Assembly: GCA_903847915.1 (NCBI GenBank)
Contig: CAINEW010000022.1
Span: 1,268 to 65,267 of the forward strand
Reading direction: 5' to 3'
Length of the DNA: 64,000 bases
Source: an uncultured bacterium
GTDB taxonomy: Bacteria; Patescibacteriota; Minisyncoccia; UBA6257; GWB1-50-10
The translations under genes and the position numbers were made by a program. This document shows, one piece after another, positions 1 to 11,702 of this stretch; the first letter of the stretch is position 1, and each line of letters begins with the position of its first letter. The notes under the pieces are model-generated. The model was not told the DNA's origin. It saw nothing but the letters and a program-made list of their open reading frames with translations, and made no database searches.

Positions 1-12
1 TTAACCGGAACG

Positions 13-771
13 ATGTGGGTAGTGCTTAGTGCGTGTATTGTGGCAATATTTGTCGTAATATTAACACTTCACTCCTCTATCAATCCACAAATCAGTCCAG
101 TACTTGTAGCGGGCGCTGTTATTTTACCAGATGACGCCAAAAACATTTTCCAAGGGATTGTGTTTGCAATCGGTGCTGAATTAGTTTTTGGACTTGTGCT
201 TGGCATCTTATGTGTGATTGATATCCATATAGGATTCGGCGGAACTCTGCTTTATTTGTTAGTTTTCTATATACTCATCTTTTTAGGAATGAGTAGAAAA
301 GGAGATCATCAAAAAACAGCAGGATTCATGATAGCAATGGTGATAATTACATTGATTATATTTACTGGTGTATATATTACAAAAGAATATTTCCCAGAAA
401 TTCTTCAACGAAAATCAACCGCGACGGTCAATGCGGAAACGCAGACGGCAATCGGAGATGTGACAAATATGCAGGAGCATGTAATTTCTTTTCAGAAAGG
501 TGTTCCTAAAAGAATTCTTTTGCCTCCGTTAGAATCTTCTCGTTTCGTTCCTACATATACGATAGAGATGATGGTAAAGGACTATAACGGTTCATGGCTA
601 TCTTACGAGATCGATTCTGATGGAAAGATCTATAGGATGAATAACGGGACAAGAATATTGGCAGTAGACGAAAATGGTCGGAATGCTATTGGTACCCTTG
701 CGGAACCAGCAGTAACGATCATTCCGAAAGAAGATTGCGAAGTACACGTTTTTACTTGGCGTAAAAGTTAA
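13..771 (+). CDS. hypothetical multi-pass membrane protein
   Basis: 252-aa ORF with several N-terminal hydrophobic segments, followed by a terminator; no recognisable motif. Confidence 0.65.
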   Translation: MWVVLSACIVAIFVVILTLHSSINPQISPVLVAGAVILPDDAKNIFQGIVFAIGAELVFGLVLGILCVIDIHIGFGGTLLYLLVFYILIFLGMSRKGDHQKTAGFMIAMVIITLIIFTGVYITKEYFPEILQRKSTATVNAETQTAIGDVTNMQEHVISFQKGVPKRILLPPLESSRFVPTYTIEMMVKDYNGSWLSYEIDSDGKIYRMNNGTRILAVDENGRNAIGTLAEPAVTIIPKEDCEVHVFTWRKS

Positions 772-793
772 GGAAAAAACAACGATGAATAAC

Positions 794-829
794 AAAAATC
801 CGTAAAGAACAACTTTACGGATTTTTTTG
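794..829. terminator. bidirectional intrinsic terminator
   Basis: AAAAATCCGTAAAG-loop-CTTTACGGATTTTT between convergent genes. Confidence 0.75.
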
Positions 830-855
830 TTGACCGAAATGATCGTGAGACCACA

Positions 856-1170
856 TTATCGTCCCCTCAAAATATTTGTGACGAGTGTTTTAATGCCAGT
901 AGAGATTAAAACTATTGCGGCGGCAGAAAAGGTATAAAGTAGGATTTTTTGTGCTTGTGATACTTTATCAGTATTATCTCCTGCTGTCACAAAAAGATAC
1001 GCAGCATAGAGAAGAGAAACTACTGTTGCAAGCCAAAAGAACGTAAATGCATATCCTACAATTCTTACAAAAACACTCTCCGCTTCCCCAAGAGTGCCAA
1101 ACACTGCAGCAGAAGAAATAAGGGGAAAAATAACTACGATTCCAACAATGATTATCAAAAACCACTTCAT
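856..1170 (-). CDS. TrbC/VirB2-like pilin (CPR type)
   Basis: Signal peptide plus two hydrophobic helices around YAAYLFVTAGDNTDKVSQAQKIL. Confidence 0.8.
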   Translation of the reverse strand: MKWFLIIIVGIVVIFPLISSAAVFGTLGEAESVFVRIVGYAFTFFWLATVVSLLYAAYLFVTAGDNTDKVSQAQKILLYTFSAAAIVLISTGIKTLVTNILRGR

Positions 1171-1171
1171 T

Positions 1172-1537
1172 TTATTGGCCGCTCAAAACATTGCCTGCAA
1201 GACCCTTTAACCCAGTGGAAAGCAGGGCGACGCCCGCACCAATAAGACCATACATAAGATAATCCTTTGCTTTCTTTGTGGCATCTTCATCTCCTCCAGA
1301 GGTTACATATAAGTAAGCTGCATAAAGAAGCATAACAACCGTAAGAATCCAAAACGCGGTAATAAGATATCCAAGAATCGTTCTTACCCATCCCATAAAG
1401 CTACCAATACTCTGAAAGTTTTCACTCGGAGTTTCTGTATTAGGAATAGTACCGCCAAATTGAGCAGACACGAATGAAGGAACAATAAGTATTGCTAAAA
1501 AAGCAATTAATGCAAACGAAGATAATATTTTTTTCAT
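1172..1537 (-). CDS. TrbC/VirB2-like pilin (CPR type)
   Basis: YAAYLYVTSGGDEDATKKAKDYLMYGLIG motif, signal peptide ending VSA-Q. Confidence 0.85.
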   Translation of the reverse strand: MKKILSSFALIAFLAILIVPSFVSAQFGGTIPNTETPSENFQSIGSFMGWVRTILGYLITAFWILTVVMLLYAAYLYVTSGGDEDATKKAKDYLMYGLIGAGVALLSTGLKGLAGNVLSGQ

Positions 1538-1645
1538 AATTTAAGTATATTTATTTTTTTACACTATCATCTCTTATTCTAAATAGAGTATAAATCTATA
1601 AAGAAAAGAGCATACTCGACCTTTCGCAATGGGGAAATGATGTCC

Positions 1646-2062
1646 TCACGGAGTGAGAATACTCGTAATCAGTGAGGCAAAACCCCATCCAACCAATATT
1701 ATAGCATATCCTATCACGGTATACTGAATTGTCTTTAATCCGTCCTTATATTTCGTTTCATTGCCTCCCGCAAAGATCATCTGAAACGCGCCATAGAGGA
1801 TCATCGCAACGGCAATCGGTGTCGCGATTTCCGTCATCCACTTGATTATCTTTTGGAGCAAGTCAGGAATCGTATCTGCATCTGATCCCAAGGGATTAGG
1901 GATGGTGACTACATTTCCCGGTTGATTCATCTGCTCATCCGGCTGATTAGTATGTTCATCTGGGGCATCTTGAGCTAGGGAATGTTTGATGAGTGACGCA
2001 GAAGAAAAAGCAAGAGGAGTGAGAATGAGTATTGCAAGAGATAGCGAGAGAAGTAATTTCAT
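1646..2062 (-). CDS. TrbC/VirB2-like pilin (CPR type)
   Basis: IPNPLG...YGAFQMIFAGGNETKYKDGLKTIQYTVIG motif. Confidence 0.85.
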   Translation of the reverse strand: MKLLLSLSLAILILTPLAFSSASLIKHSLAQDAPDEHTNQPDEQMNQPGNVVTIPNPLGSDADTIPDLLQKIIKWMTEIATPIAVAMILYGAFQMIFAGGNETKYKDGLKTIQYTVIGYAIILVGWGFASLITSILTP

Positions 2063-2125
2063 CTGATTTATTTTAGTATACTTCTGATTATTATTTATGC
2101 AACAATACTGAAAAATATAACAAAA

Positions 2126-3208
2126 CTATTTCGTCACGCTTGCGGGATTATTAGAGGCAGAAACAGTAGGTGTGGGGCAAGAAATCTGTTGCCAAGGAAA
2201 CTTAAAGCCATCACTCACAAGGAAATGCATCACGGTGTTGATAATCGTCCACGAAAGGAGCACTACGGCAATTCCTTTCACCGCATTCCAAATCGTTTTT
2301 TGTGCGTCGCTCAATTTTCCACTTGCGCCAGAGATCATAAGATTCAAGGCGCCCCAGACAATATAGCCGACCGCGATAAAGAGTGTGCCATACGTCAATA
2401 TATTAATAATGTTGCGGACGACAATAAGCGCATCACATAATCCGCAAGGAATCGCCGTGGTTGGAGTACCCATGCCTGTGGCACCCTCTTCTCTACTTGG
2501 TCCCCCGCTCGGGCCCTGACAGAGCGTACCATTCCAGATATTAAACGCCCCCCCACTATTTAGAGGTTGTAGCCCCCCTGGTTGAATACCTGTGCCTATT
2601 ACAAATTGCTGGAGTGGTCCAACAAATTTTCTCCCGTATGGAGTGTATCCAAATACTCCAAGATTCTTAATCATAAATGATCCGCCAAGAGTAGTAGAGA
2701 AATATCCATCCGCGTCTGTTTGTGTTGACCCCACGACATTTTTCTGATCGTCTTGAAAATCAATGCGCGTGTTGCTAAAACCACGCCCAAGCTGACCTCT
2801 AACCATTTGTCCTCTATTTCCTCTTCCATCGTCAGTGGGGGTAGGCGTCATGATGAAATTTGCAATATGATACGGCGCACTCACAATCACCGCTTGTGAA
2901 GCATCCGTCGGTCCCTCCCCTCCGCCACTATAGAACGTGGTTTTAAACCCTGTGCCAGAAAATTGCAATTGATAGAGCCCGCCTGCAACAAGATTATCAA
3001 TCGCAAAATGACCTTGTGCGTCTGTGGTTGCCGATCCTTGAGGATTAGCACCTTGAGGGATCGCCGTAACACTTATTTGTGCGGCAGGCGTAGACCCACT
3101 ACGATAGACTGTACCGTCAATTGATGCGGGAGAGGCAAAGGCGCTCAAAGAGAAAAGAAGAAAACCAAAAATGAAAACAATGTGGGGAATTAAAAATTTT
3201 TTTTTCAT
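2126..3208 (-). CDS. pilin-domain protein with N-terminal carboxypeptidase-regulatory-like beta-sandwich domain(s)
   Basis: Likely start MKKKFLIPH at 3208; IDGTV...ATTDAQGHFAIDNLVAGGLYQL domain; C-terminal CGLCD...WGALNLMISG...AQKTIWNAVKG pilin domain. Confidence 0.75.
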   Translation of the reverse strand: MKKKFLIPHIVFIFGFLLFSLSAFASPASIDGTVYRSGSTPAAQISVTAIPQGANPQGSATTDAQGHFAIDNLVAGGLYQLQFSGTGFKTTFYSGGGEGPTDASQAVIVSAPYHIANFIMTPTPTDDGRGNRGQMVRGQLGRGFSNTRIDFQDDQKNVVGSTQTDADGYFSTTLGGSFMIKNLGVFGYTPYGRKFVGPLQQFVIGTGIQPGGLQPLNSGGAFNIWNGTLCQGPSGGPSREEGATGMGTPTTAIPCGLCDALIVVRNIINILTYGTLFIAVGYIVWGALNLMISGASGKLSDAQKTIWNAVKGIAVVLLSWTIINTVMHFLVSDGFKFPWQQISCPTPTVSASNNPASVTK

Positions 3209-3209
3209 A

Positions 3210-4505
3210 TTATTGAGTGAGTAATGAAGTAATTGTTTGTGCGGCATGAGAAAGCGCATCCGAAGGATTGGATTGATTGGAAATGACGAGCCCTATCACA
3301 CGAGAAAATGTTTCAGCAACGGATTCAGCACTCGGCTGTAGCCACGAGCGCGCAATAAGCGCTTGGCGCGCAAACACGCCCGTGTGCGGATCGTTCAAAT
3401 GTTTTGCAATCAATGCACGAAGTGCAGGAGGATTTTTAGTGATCGCAAAAGAGGCGTCGGCCACTTGGGTGTTCGTCGTCATCATACGAATGAACTCCCA
3501 CGCAAGCGAAGGATTCACACTTGTGCGTGAAACGGTATAACCCCAATAATTTGCTACACTCAAAGGTTTGTTTGCGCTTTCCACTTGTGGCACAGGCGCG
3601 ATATCAAAATTAAGAAACGCATTCTTTTTTATAAGTGATGCTTCTGCGGAGGCATAATCAAGCACCATCGCCACTTTTTCTCCGGCAAAATCCTCACGCG
3701 AACGCATTCCCTCATTCCATGTATAACTTTCTGTGCGCGTATCGGCAAATTGAGTATAAAAACGGAGAGCGTCTGCTCCTTGACTGGTACTAAAGCTCGC
3801 TTGTGTGCCTTCAGGATTCGTCATCGGCACACCATTTTGCATCATGAGGAGCGTAAGAATATCCGAGGCGTTTGCCACACTTTCTTCGGTGCCTCCAAGC
3901 GCAATAGCTGAACGGCGAAGCACACGCGAGGCATCGGTGAGAGTAAGACGTGGAACGGCACGTGTGAGCTCCGTCCATGTGGTAGGAACAGTAAGCGCGG
4001 ATTGGTCTAATAAATCACGATTGTAATAAAGGGCGAGAGTATCTATGGAAAGTGGAAGAGCGATAATCTGTCCTTGTGAAATAAAATCGTGTTCAACCAC
4101 TTGCGGAAATGAGGCGCGGAGCATCGCGGGAGTAAACAGTGCTTGAGGAATCGGGGTTATTTTATTGAGCCATTTTCGCGTGCCCCTATGCGAGAGCATA
4201 AATAAATCGGGGCTATTGCCAGAGGCGAGCGCATCAAGCAGCGCGGATTCGTATTGAGACACACTAGGAAATCCGCGATACGTAATCTCTACCCCCGGAT
4301 ACGTTTTTTTAAATTCTTGAAACGCGGGCTCATACCCTTTTGCATTCTCGCTCACTCCCCAGAACGAAAGTTTTGCGGTAATTTTTGCGGCAGGTGTGTT
4401 GCAGGATTGCAACCCCGGTGCGATGCATGTAAAAAGAAGCGCGCCATAAATAACAACAAGAGCGACACACGCAAATACAATTAATTGAGATGTGGTAAGA
4501 CGCAT
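3210..4505 (-). CDS. extracellular solute-binding protein (carbohydrate SBP family 1-like)
   Basis: PDLF, LPLSIDTLALYYNRDLL, PTTWTEL, AWEFI motifs; N-terminal membrane anchor. Confidence 0.88.
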   Translation of the reverse strand: MRLTTSQLIVFACVALVVIYGALLFTCIAPGLQSCNTPAAKITAKLSFWGVSENAKGYEPAFQEFKKTYPGVEITYRGFPSVSQYESALLDALASGNSPDLFMLSHRGTRKWLNKITPIPQALFTPAMLRASFPQVVEHDFISQGQIIALPLSIDTLALYYNRDLLDQSALTVPTTWTELTRAVPRLTLTDASRVLRRSAIALGGTEESVANASDILTLLMMQNGVPMTNPEGTQASFSTSQGADALRFYTQFADTRTESYTWNEGMRSREDFAGEKVAMVLDYASAEASLIKKNAFLNFDIAPVPQVESANKPLSVANYWGYTVSRTSVNPSLAWEFIRMMTTNTQVADASFAITKNPPALRALIAKHLNDPHTGVFARQALIARSWLQPSAESVAETFSRVIGLVISNQSNPSDALSHAAQTITSLLTQ

Positions 4506-4550
4506 AAATCAATCTAAACAAGTCACCTCTCTATAATACACTATGAGAAG

Positions 4551-4683
4551 ATGAAGCTCCACAACCTTATGTTGTATCTTCTGCGGAATCCGCCGAAGCA
4601 CCCTCCTTCGCTCTTCAAATTATGGAGGGTTCACCTTCATATGTATTCATGGACTTACGCCCATAGTACCTTGCGAAGGTGGA
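4551..4683 (+). repeat. ~133-bp dispersed repeat, copy A
   Basis: Homologous to 22076..22210; the 105-bp portion from TTCTGCGGAATCCGCCGAA to GAAGG(T/C)GGA aligns without gaps. Confidence 0.8.
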
Positions 4684-4688
4684 TAAAA

Positions 4689-7115
4689 TTAGAGACACAC
4701 AATACCAATCAACGAGTCATCGTTATTGATATTCATGATGCGGACACCTTGTGTTGCGCGTCCTGTGATGCGCACATCAGAAAGAGCGGTGCGAATCGCC
4801 TGCCCTTTTGAAGAAAAGGCAATGAGTTCTTGAATAGTGTCATTCACTAAATGTGCCGCCATCACCTTTCCTGTTTTCGTGGTCACATTCGCCGTTTTGA
4901 CTCCTCCTCCTCCCCTCTTTTGCGATTTATATTCTTTAAGTGGTGTCTGTTTTCCGAATCCTTTAGACATCACCACAAGAAAACGATCGTTCATGCTCTC
5001 TTTCTCTATAATATCAAGGCCTGCCACGATATCATCTTTTTTCAAACGAATCGCGCGAATGCCCGCGGCCGTGCGTCCCGTCGGACGAATTTCTTTTTCT
5101 TTAAAACGAATAGATTGACCGTTCGTACTCACTAAAATAATTTGATCATCACCATGCGACAATTTTACCCATTTCAAGACATCATCATTATTAAGTGAAA
5201 GCGCGATAATGCCATTCCGTCGCACATTGGCAAAATCTTTGAGTGGCGTTTTCTTAATCAATCCTTTTGTCGTCGCCATAAGGAGATACCCTTCCGCATC
5301 CTTAGGATAGCTCACAATGCCGGTAATCAAATCATTCGGAGGAAGTTCAATAAAGTTATGTACTGAACGTCCTTTGGATGTACGGCTCGCGACAGGGATT
5401 TCATACGCCTTGGTCTGAAACACTTTTCCGCGATTGGTGAAAAAGAGCACATTGTCGTGCGAGTGGGCAATCATAATTTGGCGAATTTGGTCATCTTCTT
5501 TGAGTTCTGATCCGATAAGCCCCTTTCCTCCCCTTCGCTGCGACTTAAACGTGCCCGGAGGCATTCGTTTGATATACCCGTCTTCAGATAAGGTCACAAT
5601 TACATCCTCTTCAGGAATCAAATCTTCTTCGTTAAAATCTTTGAGTCCTGATTTTACCATCTTCGTTTTGCGCGGACTTGAATAGGTTGCCTTAAGATCA
5701 GAAAGTTCGCCGACAATAATCTCCGTAATTTTTTTCGGATGTTTTAAAATAAATTGCAATTCCGCAATCAGTTTCTTTTTCTCTTTTAATTCGTCTTCTA
5801 ATTTTCCGCGTTCCAACGCCGCAAGTGTTTGGAGCTTCATTTCCAAAATCGCAATCGCCTGCAATTCGGAAAGGCCGAATTTTTTCATCAAATTCTTTTT
5901 CGCGTCATCACGATCTTGCGATTTCTTAATGGTGGCAATCACCGCGTCAATAGAATCAAGCGCAGTGACGAGCCCTTCAAGAATATGCGCGCGTTCCTCT
6001 GCTTTTTTCAAATCAAATTGTGTGCGGCGACGCACCATAATCGTGCGGTGTTCAAGATATTCGCTCAACACCTCTTTTAATGAAAGCACTTGGGGCTGAA
6101 TGCCTTTTACAAGCGCCAACATATTAAAATAAAAATTCTTTTGAAGCTCGGTATATTCGTAGAGCTGATTCAAAATTTTCTGTGGTGCGCCATCTTGTTT
6201 CAATTCCACCACAATGCGCAATCCGTCGCGATCTGATTCGTCGCGAATATCACGAATTCCTTCAATTTTTTTCTCTTGTACCAATTCCGCCATTTTCACA
6301 ATCAAATCGGACTTATTCACTTGGTACGGAATCTCGGTAATAATAATTTGAAAACTTCCGCTCTTCCGTTCTTCAATATCCGCAACTGCGCGAATCGTCA
6401 CCGACCCCTTGCCGGTTGTGTAGGCCTCTTCAAGCGCGCGCGCATCAAAAATCGTGCCTCCGGTTGGAAAATCTGGTCCCGGAATAAATTTCATAAGGTC
6501 TTTCACCGTCGCATCAGGGTTATCGGAAAGATGCGCAATCGCATTTGCCACTTCCACAAAATTATGAGGAGGAATAGACGTTGCCATACCGACCGCAATA
6601 CCCACCGTCCCGTTCAAAAGAAGGTGAGGAAGTTTTGCAGGAAGATACTGGGGCTCTACGCGCGAGGCGTCATAGTTTGGGATCCACTCCACTGTTTCTT
6701 TTTCAATGTCAGTAAGGAGTTCTTCGGCAATATGAGTGAGACGCGCCTCAGTATAACGCATCGCGGCAGGCGCATCGCCGTCAATAGACCCCCAGTTTCC
6801 CTGCCCGTCTACCAATGGATAACGGAGCGAAAAATCTTGTGCCATGCGCGCCATAGAATCATAAATCGCCTGATCGCCGTGAGGGTGATACTTACCCATC
6901 ACTTCTCCGACCACATTCGCTGATTTTTTAAATTTTGTGCCGTGCGTAAGCCCCATGTCCCACATCCCCCACAAAATTCTCCTCTGCACCGGTTTTAAGC
7001 CGTCGCGTACATCGGGAATCGCGCGCGAGACGATTACCGACATCGCGTAATCAAGGTAGGACTCGCGGAGCTCTTTCGTAATTTCTTGAGGAATGATATT
7101 GATATGGTCTTCCAT
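4689..7115 (-). CDS. gyrA: DNA gyrase subunit A
   Basis: YHPHGD, AAMRYTE catalytic Tyr, GyrA-box QRRGGKG, C-terminal beta-pinwheel repeats. Confidence 0.98.
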   Translation of the reverse strand: MEDHINIIPQEITKELRESYLDYAMSVIVSRAIPDVRDGLKPVQRRILWGMWDMGLTHGTKFKKSANVVGEVMGKYHPHGDQAIYDSMARMAQDFSLRYPLVDGQGNWGSIDGDAPAAMRYTEARLTHIAEELLTDIEKETVEWIPNYDASRVEPQYLPAKLPHLLLNGTVGIAVGMATSIPPHNFVEVANAIAHLSDNPDATVKDLMKFIPGPDFPTGGTIFDARALEEAYTTGKGSVTIRAVADIEERKSGSFQIIITEIPYQVNKSDLIVKMAELVQEKKIEGIRDIRDESDRDGLRIVVELKQDGAPQKILNQLYEYTELQKNFYFNMLALVKGIQPQVLSLKEVLSEYLEHRTIMVRRRTQFDLKKAEERAHILEGLVTALDSIDAVIATIKKSQDRDDAKKNLMKKFGLSELQAIAILEMKLQTLAALERGKLEDELKEKKKLIAELQFILKHPKKITEIIVGELSDLKATYSSPRKTKMVKSGLKDFNEEDLIPEEDVIVTLSEDGYIKRMPPGTFKSQRRGGKGLIGSELKEDDQIRQIMIAHSHDNVLFFTNRGKVFQTKAYEIPVASRTSKGRSVHNFIELPPNDLITGIVSYPKDAEGYLLMATTKGLIKKTPLKDFANVRRNGIIALSLNNDDVLKWVKLSHGDDQIILVSTNGQSIRFKEKEIRPTGRTAAGIRAIRLKKDDIVAGLDIIEKESMNDRFLVVMSKGFGKQTPLKEYKSQKRGGGGVKTANVTTKTGKVMAAHLVNDTIQELIAFSSKGQAIRTALSDVRITGRATQGVRIMNINNDDSLIGIVCL

Positions 7116-7122
7116 AAAATAA

Positions 7123-7488
7123 TTATTGTGAGATGGTTGACGGTGTGGTGCTCGGCGTCACAGAAATAGTGTTGCGCGATGAGAGCCGTTCTTCAAGGGT
7201 AGAAAATTGATCTTTGACGCGCGAAAATTGAGTGGCGGTATCTTGTTTAATTTTTGCAAATCCGCGTGAAAAGGTCTCAAAAAAAGAATCTTCTGATGAA
7301 GAAGCGTCTTTCGTCTCTGCGACCGCTGGTGCGGGACGAAGTGCGGGAAAAAGTGCGTCAGAAGAAAAAAACCATACGACGACCAAAAACGCAGTGAAAC
7401 AGAACGCGCCCCCGAGCACCCATCGTTGTTTTGATCGTTCGTCTTTGTGTTGAAGTGCGTGAATAAATTGAGAGAAGGAAAATGCCAT
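7123..7488 (-). CDS. hypothetical membrane-anchored protein
   Basis: Single TM segment, tightly packed between operonic genes. Confidence 0.7.
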   Translation of the reverse strand: MAFSFSQFIHALQHKDERSKQRWVLGGAFCFTAFLVVVWFFSSDALFPALRPAPAVAETKDASSSEDSFFETFSRGFAKIKQDTATQFSRVKDQFSTLEERLSSRNTISVTPSTTPSTISQ

Positions 7489-7496
7489 AATAAAAA

Positions 7497-8078
7497 TTAT
7501 TCGTGTGCGAGCACCACGACCCTCATTGCTCCCGGGGTAATTTCTTTTTTCTTAATCACTAATTTTTCTTCTTCGGTGCGGTCTACCTGATTCATTTCTT
7601 TAAGGAAATTTGCAAGAGTTTTTTTATCAAATAAGGTAGGAATCACGACTCCCGGCTCAATCTGACGGATGAGTTTTGCACACGGATGGGGCGCAAGATA
7701 TTCTTCTGAGCCACCCGGTACCACAAGAATATCAACCCCCTGAAGTGCCTCTTGAATATCTGGATTAGGCTCTTTTGAAAGATGTCCCAAAATACCAATA
7801 GAAATATCATCCATCACCATATGATAAATAGTGTATTCTTTTCCATTCGTATGCGCGCTCTGCCACCCCTTAATCGGAATCCCATTCACTTCATATTCTC
7901 CCTGATGTTCAATCTGAAATGGCTCACGGGTTTCAAGTGCCGAAAAAGGAGAGGGTGAAATCGTAGAAAGCACCGCATTCGCACCCTTGAATGAGCGTTG
8001 ATTAAGCGGATCAATAAGGACGACCTGACTCCCTGTTTGGATTTTGAGTGAATTCTCTCCCTGAAAAGTAATAATCAT
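7497..8078 (-). CDS. MBL-fold metallo-hydrolase-like protein (Lactamase_B_3 type, metal ligands degenerate)
   Basis: Start MIITFQGENSLKI; VLIDP, GEYEVNGI, VDILVVPGG, IEPGVVIP motifs. Confidence 0.8.
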   Translation of the reverse strand: MIITFQGENSLKIQTGSQVVLIDPLNQRSFKGANAVLSTISPSPFSALETREPFQIEHQGEYEVNGIPIKGWQSAHTNGKEYTIYHMVMDDISIGILGHLSKEPNPDIQEALQGVDILVVPGGSEEYLAPHPCAKLIRQIEPGVVIPTLFDKKTLANFLKEMNQVDRTEEEKLVIKKKEITPGAMRVVVLAHE

Positions 8079-8170
8079 AAGTAAAAAACAACCTCGTCTA
8101 TACGTTCCTCTAAGTATACCTTGATTTCTCTTGCAATTCAATACGATTTCATGGTACACTCCCCAGTACT

Positions 8171-9256
8171 ATGGCAGATGAAGTGCAAACAATAGACATC
8201 GCACAACTCCTCAAAAACTCTCCCGGGGCGTTTTCGCGTCTCAAAGTGGGCGATTTGGTGGAAGGGACAATTATTGAAAAAGGGGCAAGCCGCATCACGG
8301 TAGACCTTGGCAAAAACGGCACGGGGGTCATGTACCGTGGTGAGATTCAAAATGCCCGCGAACTCGTCCGCGACTTGAAACTCGGCGATGTGGCGCACGG
8401 CAAAGTGGTCTCGTTAGACAACGAAGAGGGCTATGTGGAACTTTCGCTCTCCGAAGCAGGCAAGCAAAAATCATGGGACGAGATTAAAGAAATGTATGAA
8501 AAAGGTGATCCGATTACCGTCAAGGTAAATGGATGTAATAAGGGAGGGCTCACCGCCCCCTTGGCTGGGCTTCTCGCGTTTATTCCAATCTCCCAACTTG
8601 CAAACGATAACTATCCTCAAGTGGAAGACGGCGATAAAGATAAAATTATCGCAGAGCTCACCAAACTAATTGGAAAAGATATTACGGTAAAAATTATTGA
8701 TGCAAATCCCCGCACGAATAAATTAATTGTCTCCGAACGCGATGCAGTGCAAATTAATCCAGAAGAATTACTCAAAAATTATCAAGTGGGTCAAACGATT
8801 GAAGGTATTGTTTCCGGTATTGCGGACTTCGGCGTGTTTGTGCAATTTACCGATAATCCCGCCGTGGAAGGATTGGTGCACGTCTCCGAACTCTCCTATC
8901 GCCTCGTGGATAATCCGAAGGAAATGGTGAAAGTGGATCAAGTAGTGAACGCAAAAATTACAGAAATCAAAGACGGCAAAATCGCGCTCTCCATGAAGGC
9001 GTTAGAGGCGGATCCGTGGCCTGCGATTGCAGAGCGCTATCAAAACGGACAGGAAGTAAAAGGCACGGCATATAGCTTCAATCAATTCGGCGCGATTGTG
9101 AATTTAGATGCGACCGCACAAGGCATGGTGCATGTCACAGAATTCGGTGGATTGGACGAAATGAAAAAACAACTCTCCTTGGGTAAAGAATATAATTTTA
9201 CCATTGAATCCGTGAACCTCCCCCAAAAACGCATCACTCTCAAACTTAAGAAATGA
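8171..9256 (+). CDS. rpsA: 30S ribosomal protein S1-like, about four S1 domains
   Basis: Repeated S1 motifs (FGVFVQF...EGLVHVSELS; FGAIVNL...GMVHVTE). Confidence 0.88.
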   Translation: MADEVQTIDIAQLLKNSPGAFSRLKVGDLVEGTIIEKGASRITVDLGKNGTGVMYRGEIQNARELVRDLKLGDVAHGKVVSLDNEEGYVELSLSEAGKQKSWDEIKEMYEKGDPITVKVNGCNKGGLTAPLAGLLAFIPISQLANDNYPQVEDGDKDKIIAELTKLIGKDITVKIIDANPRTNKLIVSERDAVQINPEELLKNYQVGQTIEGIVSGIADFGVFVQFTDNPAVEGLVHVSELSYRLVDNPKEMVKVDQVVNAKITEIKDGKIALSMKALEADPWPAIAERYQNGQEVKGTAYSFNQFGAIVNLDATAQGMVHVTEFGGLDEMKKQLSLGKEYNFTIESVNLPQKRITLKLKK

Positions 9257-9435
9257 GTCCGCTAGGATTCATGCGCCTTGGGCGCATAAGATGATTCCCT
9301 ATTCCTCTTAATGTCAGAAAAACCCTCATAAAATGAGGGTTTTAGCCACTTGCCATTAGTGATTAGAAGGGACTTGACAAATTTATTATTAAAATAGCGA
9401 CTTTTAGTTCTGGTGGCGCAGGAGGATTTGGGCCA

Positions 9436-9573
9436 GTGATATCGTACAAAATATTATTGAAAGATGGAAATGATTCCAAAAGTTTTGAGGAGGTAGGAAA
9501 ATCTAAAGAAGGAACACCTCTAAGAAATTTTATTGAAAAGAATCTCAACGTACTTTTTGAAAGGATTGGTTAG
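9436..9573 (+). CDS. possible small orphan ORF (45 aa)
   Basis: GTG start after AGGAGG, upstream TTGACA; not in the supplied ORF track. Confidence 0.3.
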   Translation: MISYKILLKDGNDSKSFEEVGKSKEGTPLRNFIEKNLNVLFERIG

Positions 9574-9719
9574 TATAATCCTTTTATAAAAAAAATAAAA
9601 AACGCCTCCACGAAAATTTGTGTGGGTGTTTTTATTCCCACACTTATGCATAAGTGTGGGGATTTATTTTACATTTCCGTCTTCCTCAAGTACCATTAAG
9701 AAGAATAAAAAAACTACTT

Positions 9720-11585
9720 ATGAAAATGAAAAAGAATGGACAACAAACAGGTCAATTAGCGCGCCAAATCGTATGGGCGGTGGGCGTGCTTTTTTTGGTG
9801 GCACTCCTCTTCTCGGGAGTGTTGGAAAATAAAGGAAAAACAGAAGTGCTCACATGGGATGCGCTCGCGAAGAAAATAGAATTAAGCGAAGTAAAAAATA
9901 TTACTGTTTCAGGTGACGCAGTACAAGTAACGCTAAAAAATGACACGAAGGCGACGCTAGAAAAAGAAACGGAATCAAGTGTGAGTGAAATGTTGGCGCG
10001 CTATGGCGTGACTCCTGAAGGCCTCAAGGGTTTTGAATACACGGTAGAAAGCGAAAGCGGAGGAAAATATTGGATGGGGATGCTCTTGCCAATCCTTTTG
10101 CCAATCGTGCTTATGCTCGGCGTGCTCTGGTGGGTATTCCGTCAGGCAAAAACCGGCGCAAACCAAGCATTCACCTTCGGAAAAATCAACGTGCGCCTTT
10201 TTGCCCAACCGAAAGATAAAACCACCTTCAAAGATGTGGCGGGTTTAAAAGAAGCGAAAGAAGAGCTTGATGAAGTAGTAGATTTTTTGAAAAATCCAAA
10301 AAAGTTTTTAGATATGGGAGCAAAAATTCCTCGTGGCGTGCTCTTGATGGGCCAGCCAGGCACGGGGAAAACCTTACTCGCGCGTGCAGTCGCAGGAGAA
10401 TCCAATGTCCCCTTCTTTCATCTCTCTGCCTCTGAATTTGTGGAAATGTTTGTAGGTGTCGGTGCCTCACGCGTCCGCGATTTATTTGCGACGGCAAAAA
10501 AAGCCGCGCCGGCAATTATTTTCGTAGATGAAATTGATGCGGTGGGACGCGAGCGAGGCACGGGCTTGGGCGGAGGCCATGATGAGCGCGAACAAACATT
10601 AAATCAAATCTTAGTAGAGATGGACGGTTTTGACCGCACGACGAATGTGATTGTAATGGCAGCCACCAATCGCCCCGATGTATTAGACGCCGCCCTTCTC
10701 CGTCCGGGACGTTTTGATCGGCGCGTGGTGCTCGATATGCCCGACATAAAAGATCGCGAAGAAATTTTGAAGATTCATGCACAGGGAAAACCGATGGCGG
10801 ACGACATAGATATGCGCGTGATTGCCGTGCGCACGCCGGGATTTGCAGGCGCGGATCTCGCGAATTTAGTAAACGAAGGAGCGATTTTTGCCGCGCGTCA
10901 GGGACATCCGAAAATCACACAAGAAAATTTATTAAACTCTATTGAAAAAGTATTATTGGGTCCCGCGCGCCGTGGACGCGTCATCTCCGATAAAGAAAAA
11001 GAAGTGACGGCATATCACGAAGCAGGTCACGCATTAGTCGCGGCAGGATTAAAAGACGCCGACCCGGTGCACAAAATTTCCATCATCAGCCGTGGCATGG
11101 CAGGAGGATATACATTGAAGTTGCCGATTGAAGAGCGACGACTCAACACTCGCGCGCAATTTGTGGCAGATCTCGCGGTGGCTTTCGGGGGGTACGTTGC
11201 AGAACTTTTGATGTTTAAAGATATCACGACCGGTTCATCAAACGACATTAAAAACGCGACTGAACTTGCTCATAGAATGGTGATGCAATATGGCATGAGC
11301 GATAAATTAGGTCCTCGCGCATTTGGAAAAGTGCACGACGCGATATTCTTAGGACGCGAACTTTCTACTGAAAAAGATTATTCAGAAAATCTCGGCACGG
11401 TGATTGATGAAGAAGTAAATCAATTTATGAATCGCGCCTTGCAAGCGGCGAAGCGAATTGTCGCGACAAATAAAGATGCGCTTCATACGATTGCACGCCG
11501 ATTGATGGAAAAAGAAACGATTGAACAAGAAGAATTTGAAAAAATCGTACGCGGTTTTCAATTAAAGCCCGCCGTGATACGATAG
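9720..11585 (+). CDS. ftsH: ATP-dependent zinc metalloprotease FtsH
   Basis: Two TMs, Walker [12 protein letters not shown] region, HEAGH zinc motif; ATG at 9720. Confidence 0.97.
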   Translation: MKMKKNGQQTGQLARQIVWAVGVLFLVALLFSGVLENKGKTEVLTWDALAKKIELSEVKNITVSGDAVQVTLKNDTKATLEKETESSVSEMLARYGVTPEGLKGFEYTVESESGGKYWMGMLLPILLPIVLMLGVLWWVFRQAKTGANQAFTFGKINVRLFAQPKDKTTFKDVAGLKEAKEELDEVVDFLKNPKKFLDMGAKIPRGVLLMGQPGTGKTLLARAVAGESNVPFFHLSASEFVEMFVGVGASRVRDLFATAKKAAPAIIFVDEIDAVGRERGTGLGGGHDEREQTLNQILVEMDGFDRTTNVIVMAATNRPDVLDAALLRPGRFDRRVVLDMPDIKDREEILKIHAQGKPMADDIDMRVIAVRTPGFAGADLANLVNEGAIFAARQGHPKITQENLLNSIEKVLLGPARRGRVISDKEKEVTAYHEAGHALVAAGLKDADPVHKISIISRGMAGGYTLKLPIEERRLNTRAQFVADLAVAFGGYVAELLMFKDITTGSSNDIKNATELAHRMVMQYGMSDKLGPRAFGKVHDAIFLGRELSTEKDYSENLGTVIDEEVNQFMNRALQAAKRIVATNKDALHTIARRLMEKETIEQEEFEKIVRGFQLKPAVIR

Positions 11586-11601
11586 AATTTCGGGAGGATC
11601 A

Positions 11602-11674
11602 GGATCAGTAGTCCGCCCGGCTGACGCTAGTCGGACAGGCTTAGTGGAAGCTTTAGCGAAGGCAGGTACCTCGG
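11602..11674 (+). pseudogene. disrupted 5' fragment of tRNA-Ile(TAT) with palindromic inserts
   Basis: GGATCAGTAG-[28 bp]-CTTAGTGG-AAGCT-[element remnant]-TACCTCGG matches the adjacent intact tRNA. Confidence 0.75.
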
Positions 11675-11702
11675 TGTTGATGATTTCGTTTATATTAGGT
11701 CT

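Noticed and set aside
4551-4811. 86-aa ORF on the plus strand
   Set aside because: Made of the dispersed repeat plus the antisense of the gyrA 3' end.
6276-6923. 215-aa antisense ORF in gyrA and similar shadow ORFs in ftsH, hppA, leuS and htrA
   Set aside because: They fully overlap well-supported genes and show no motifs.
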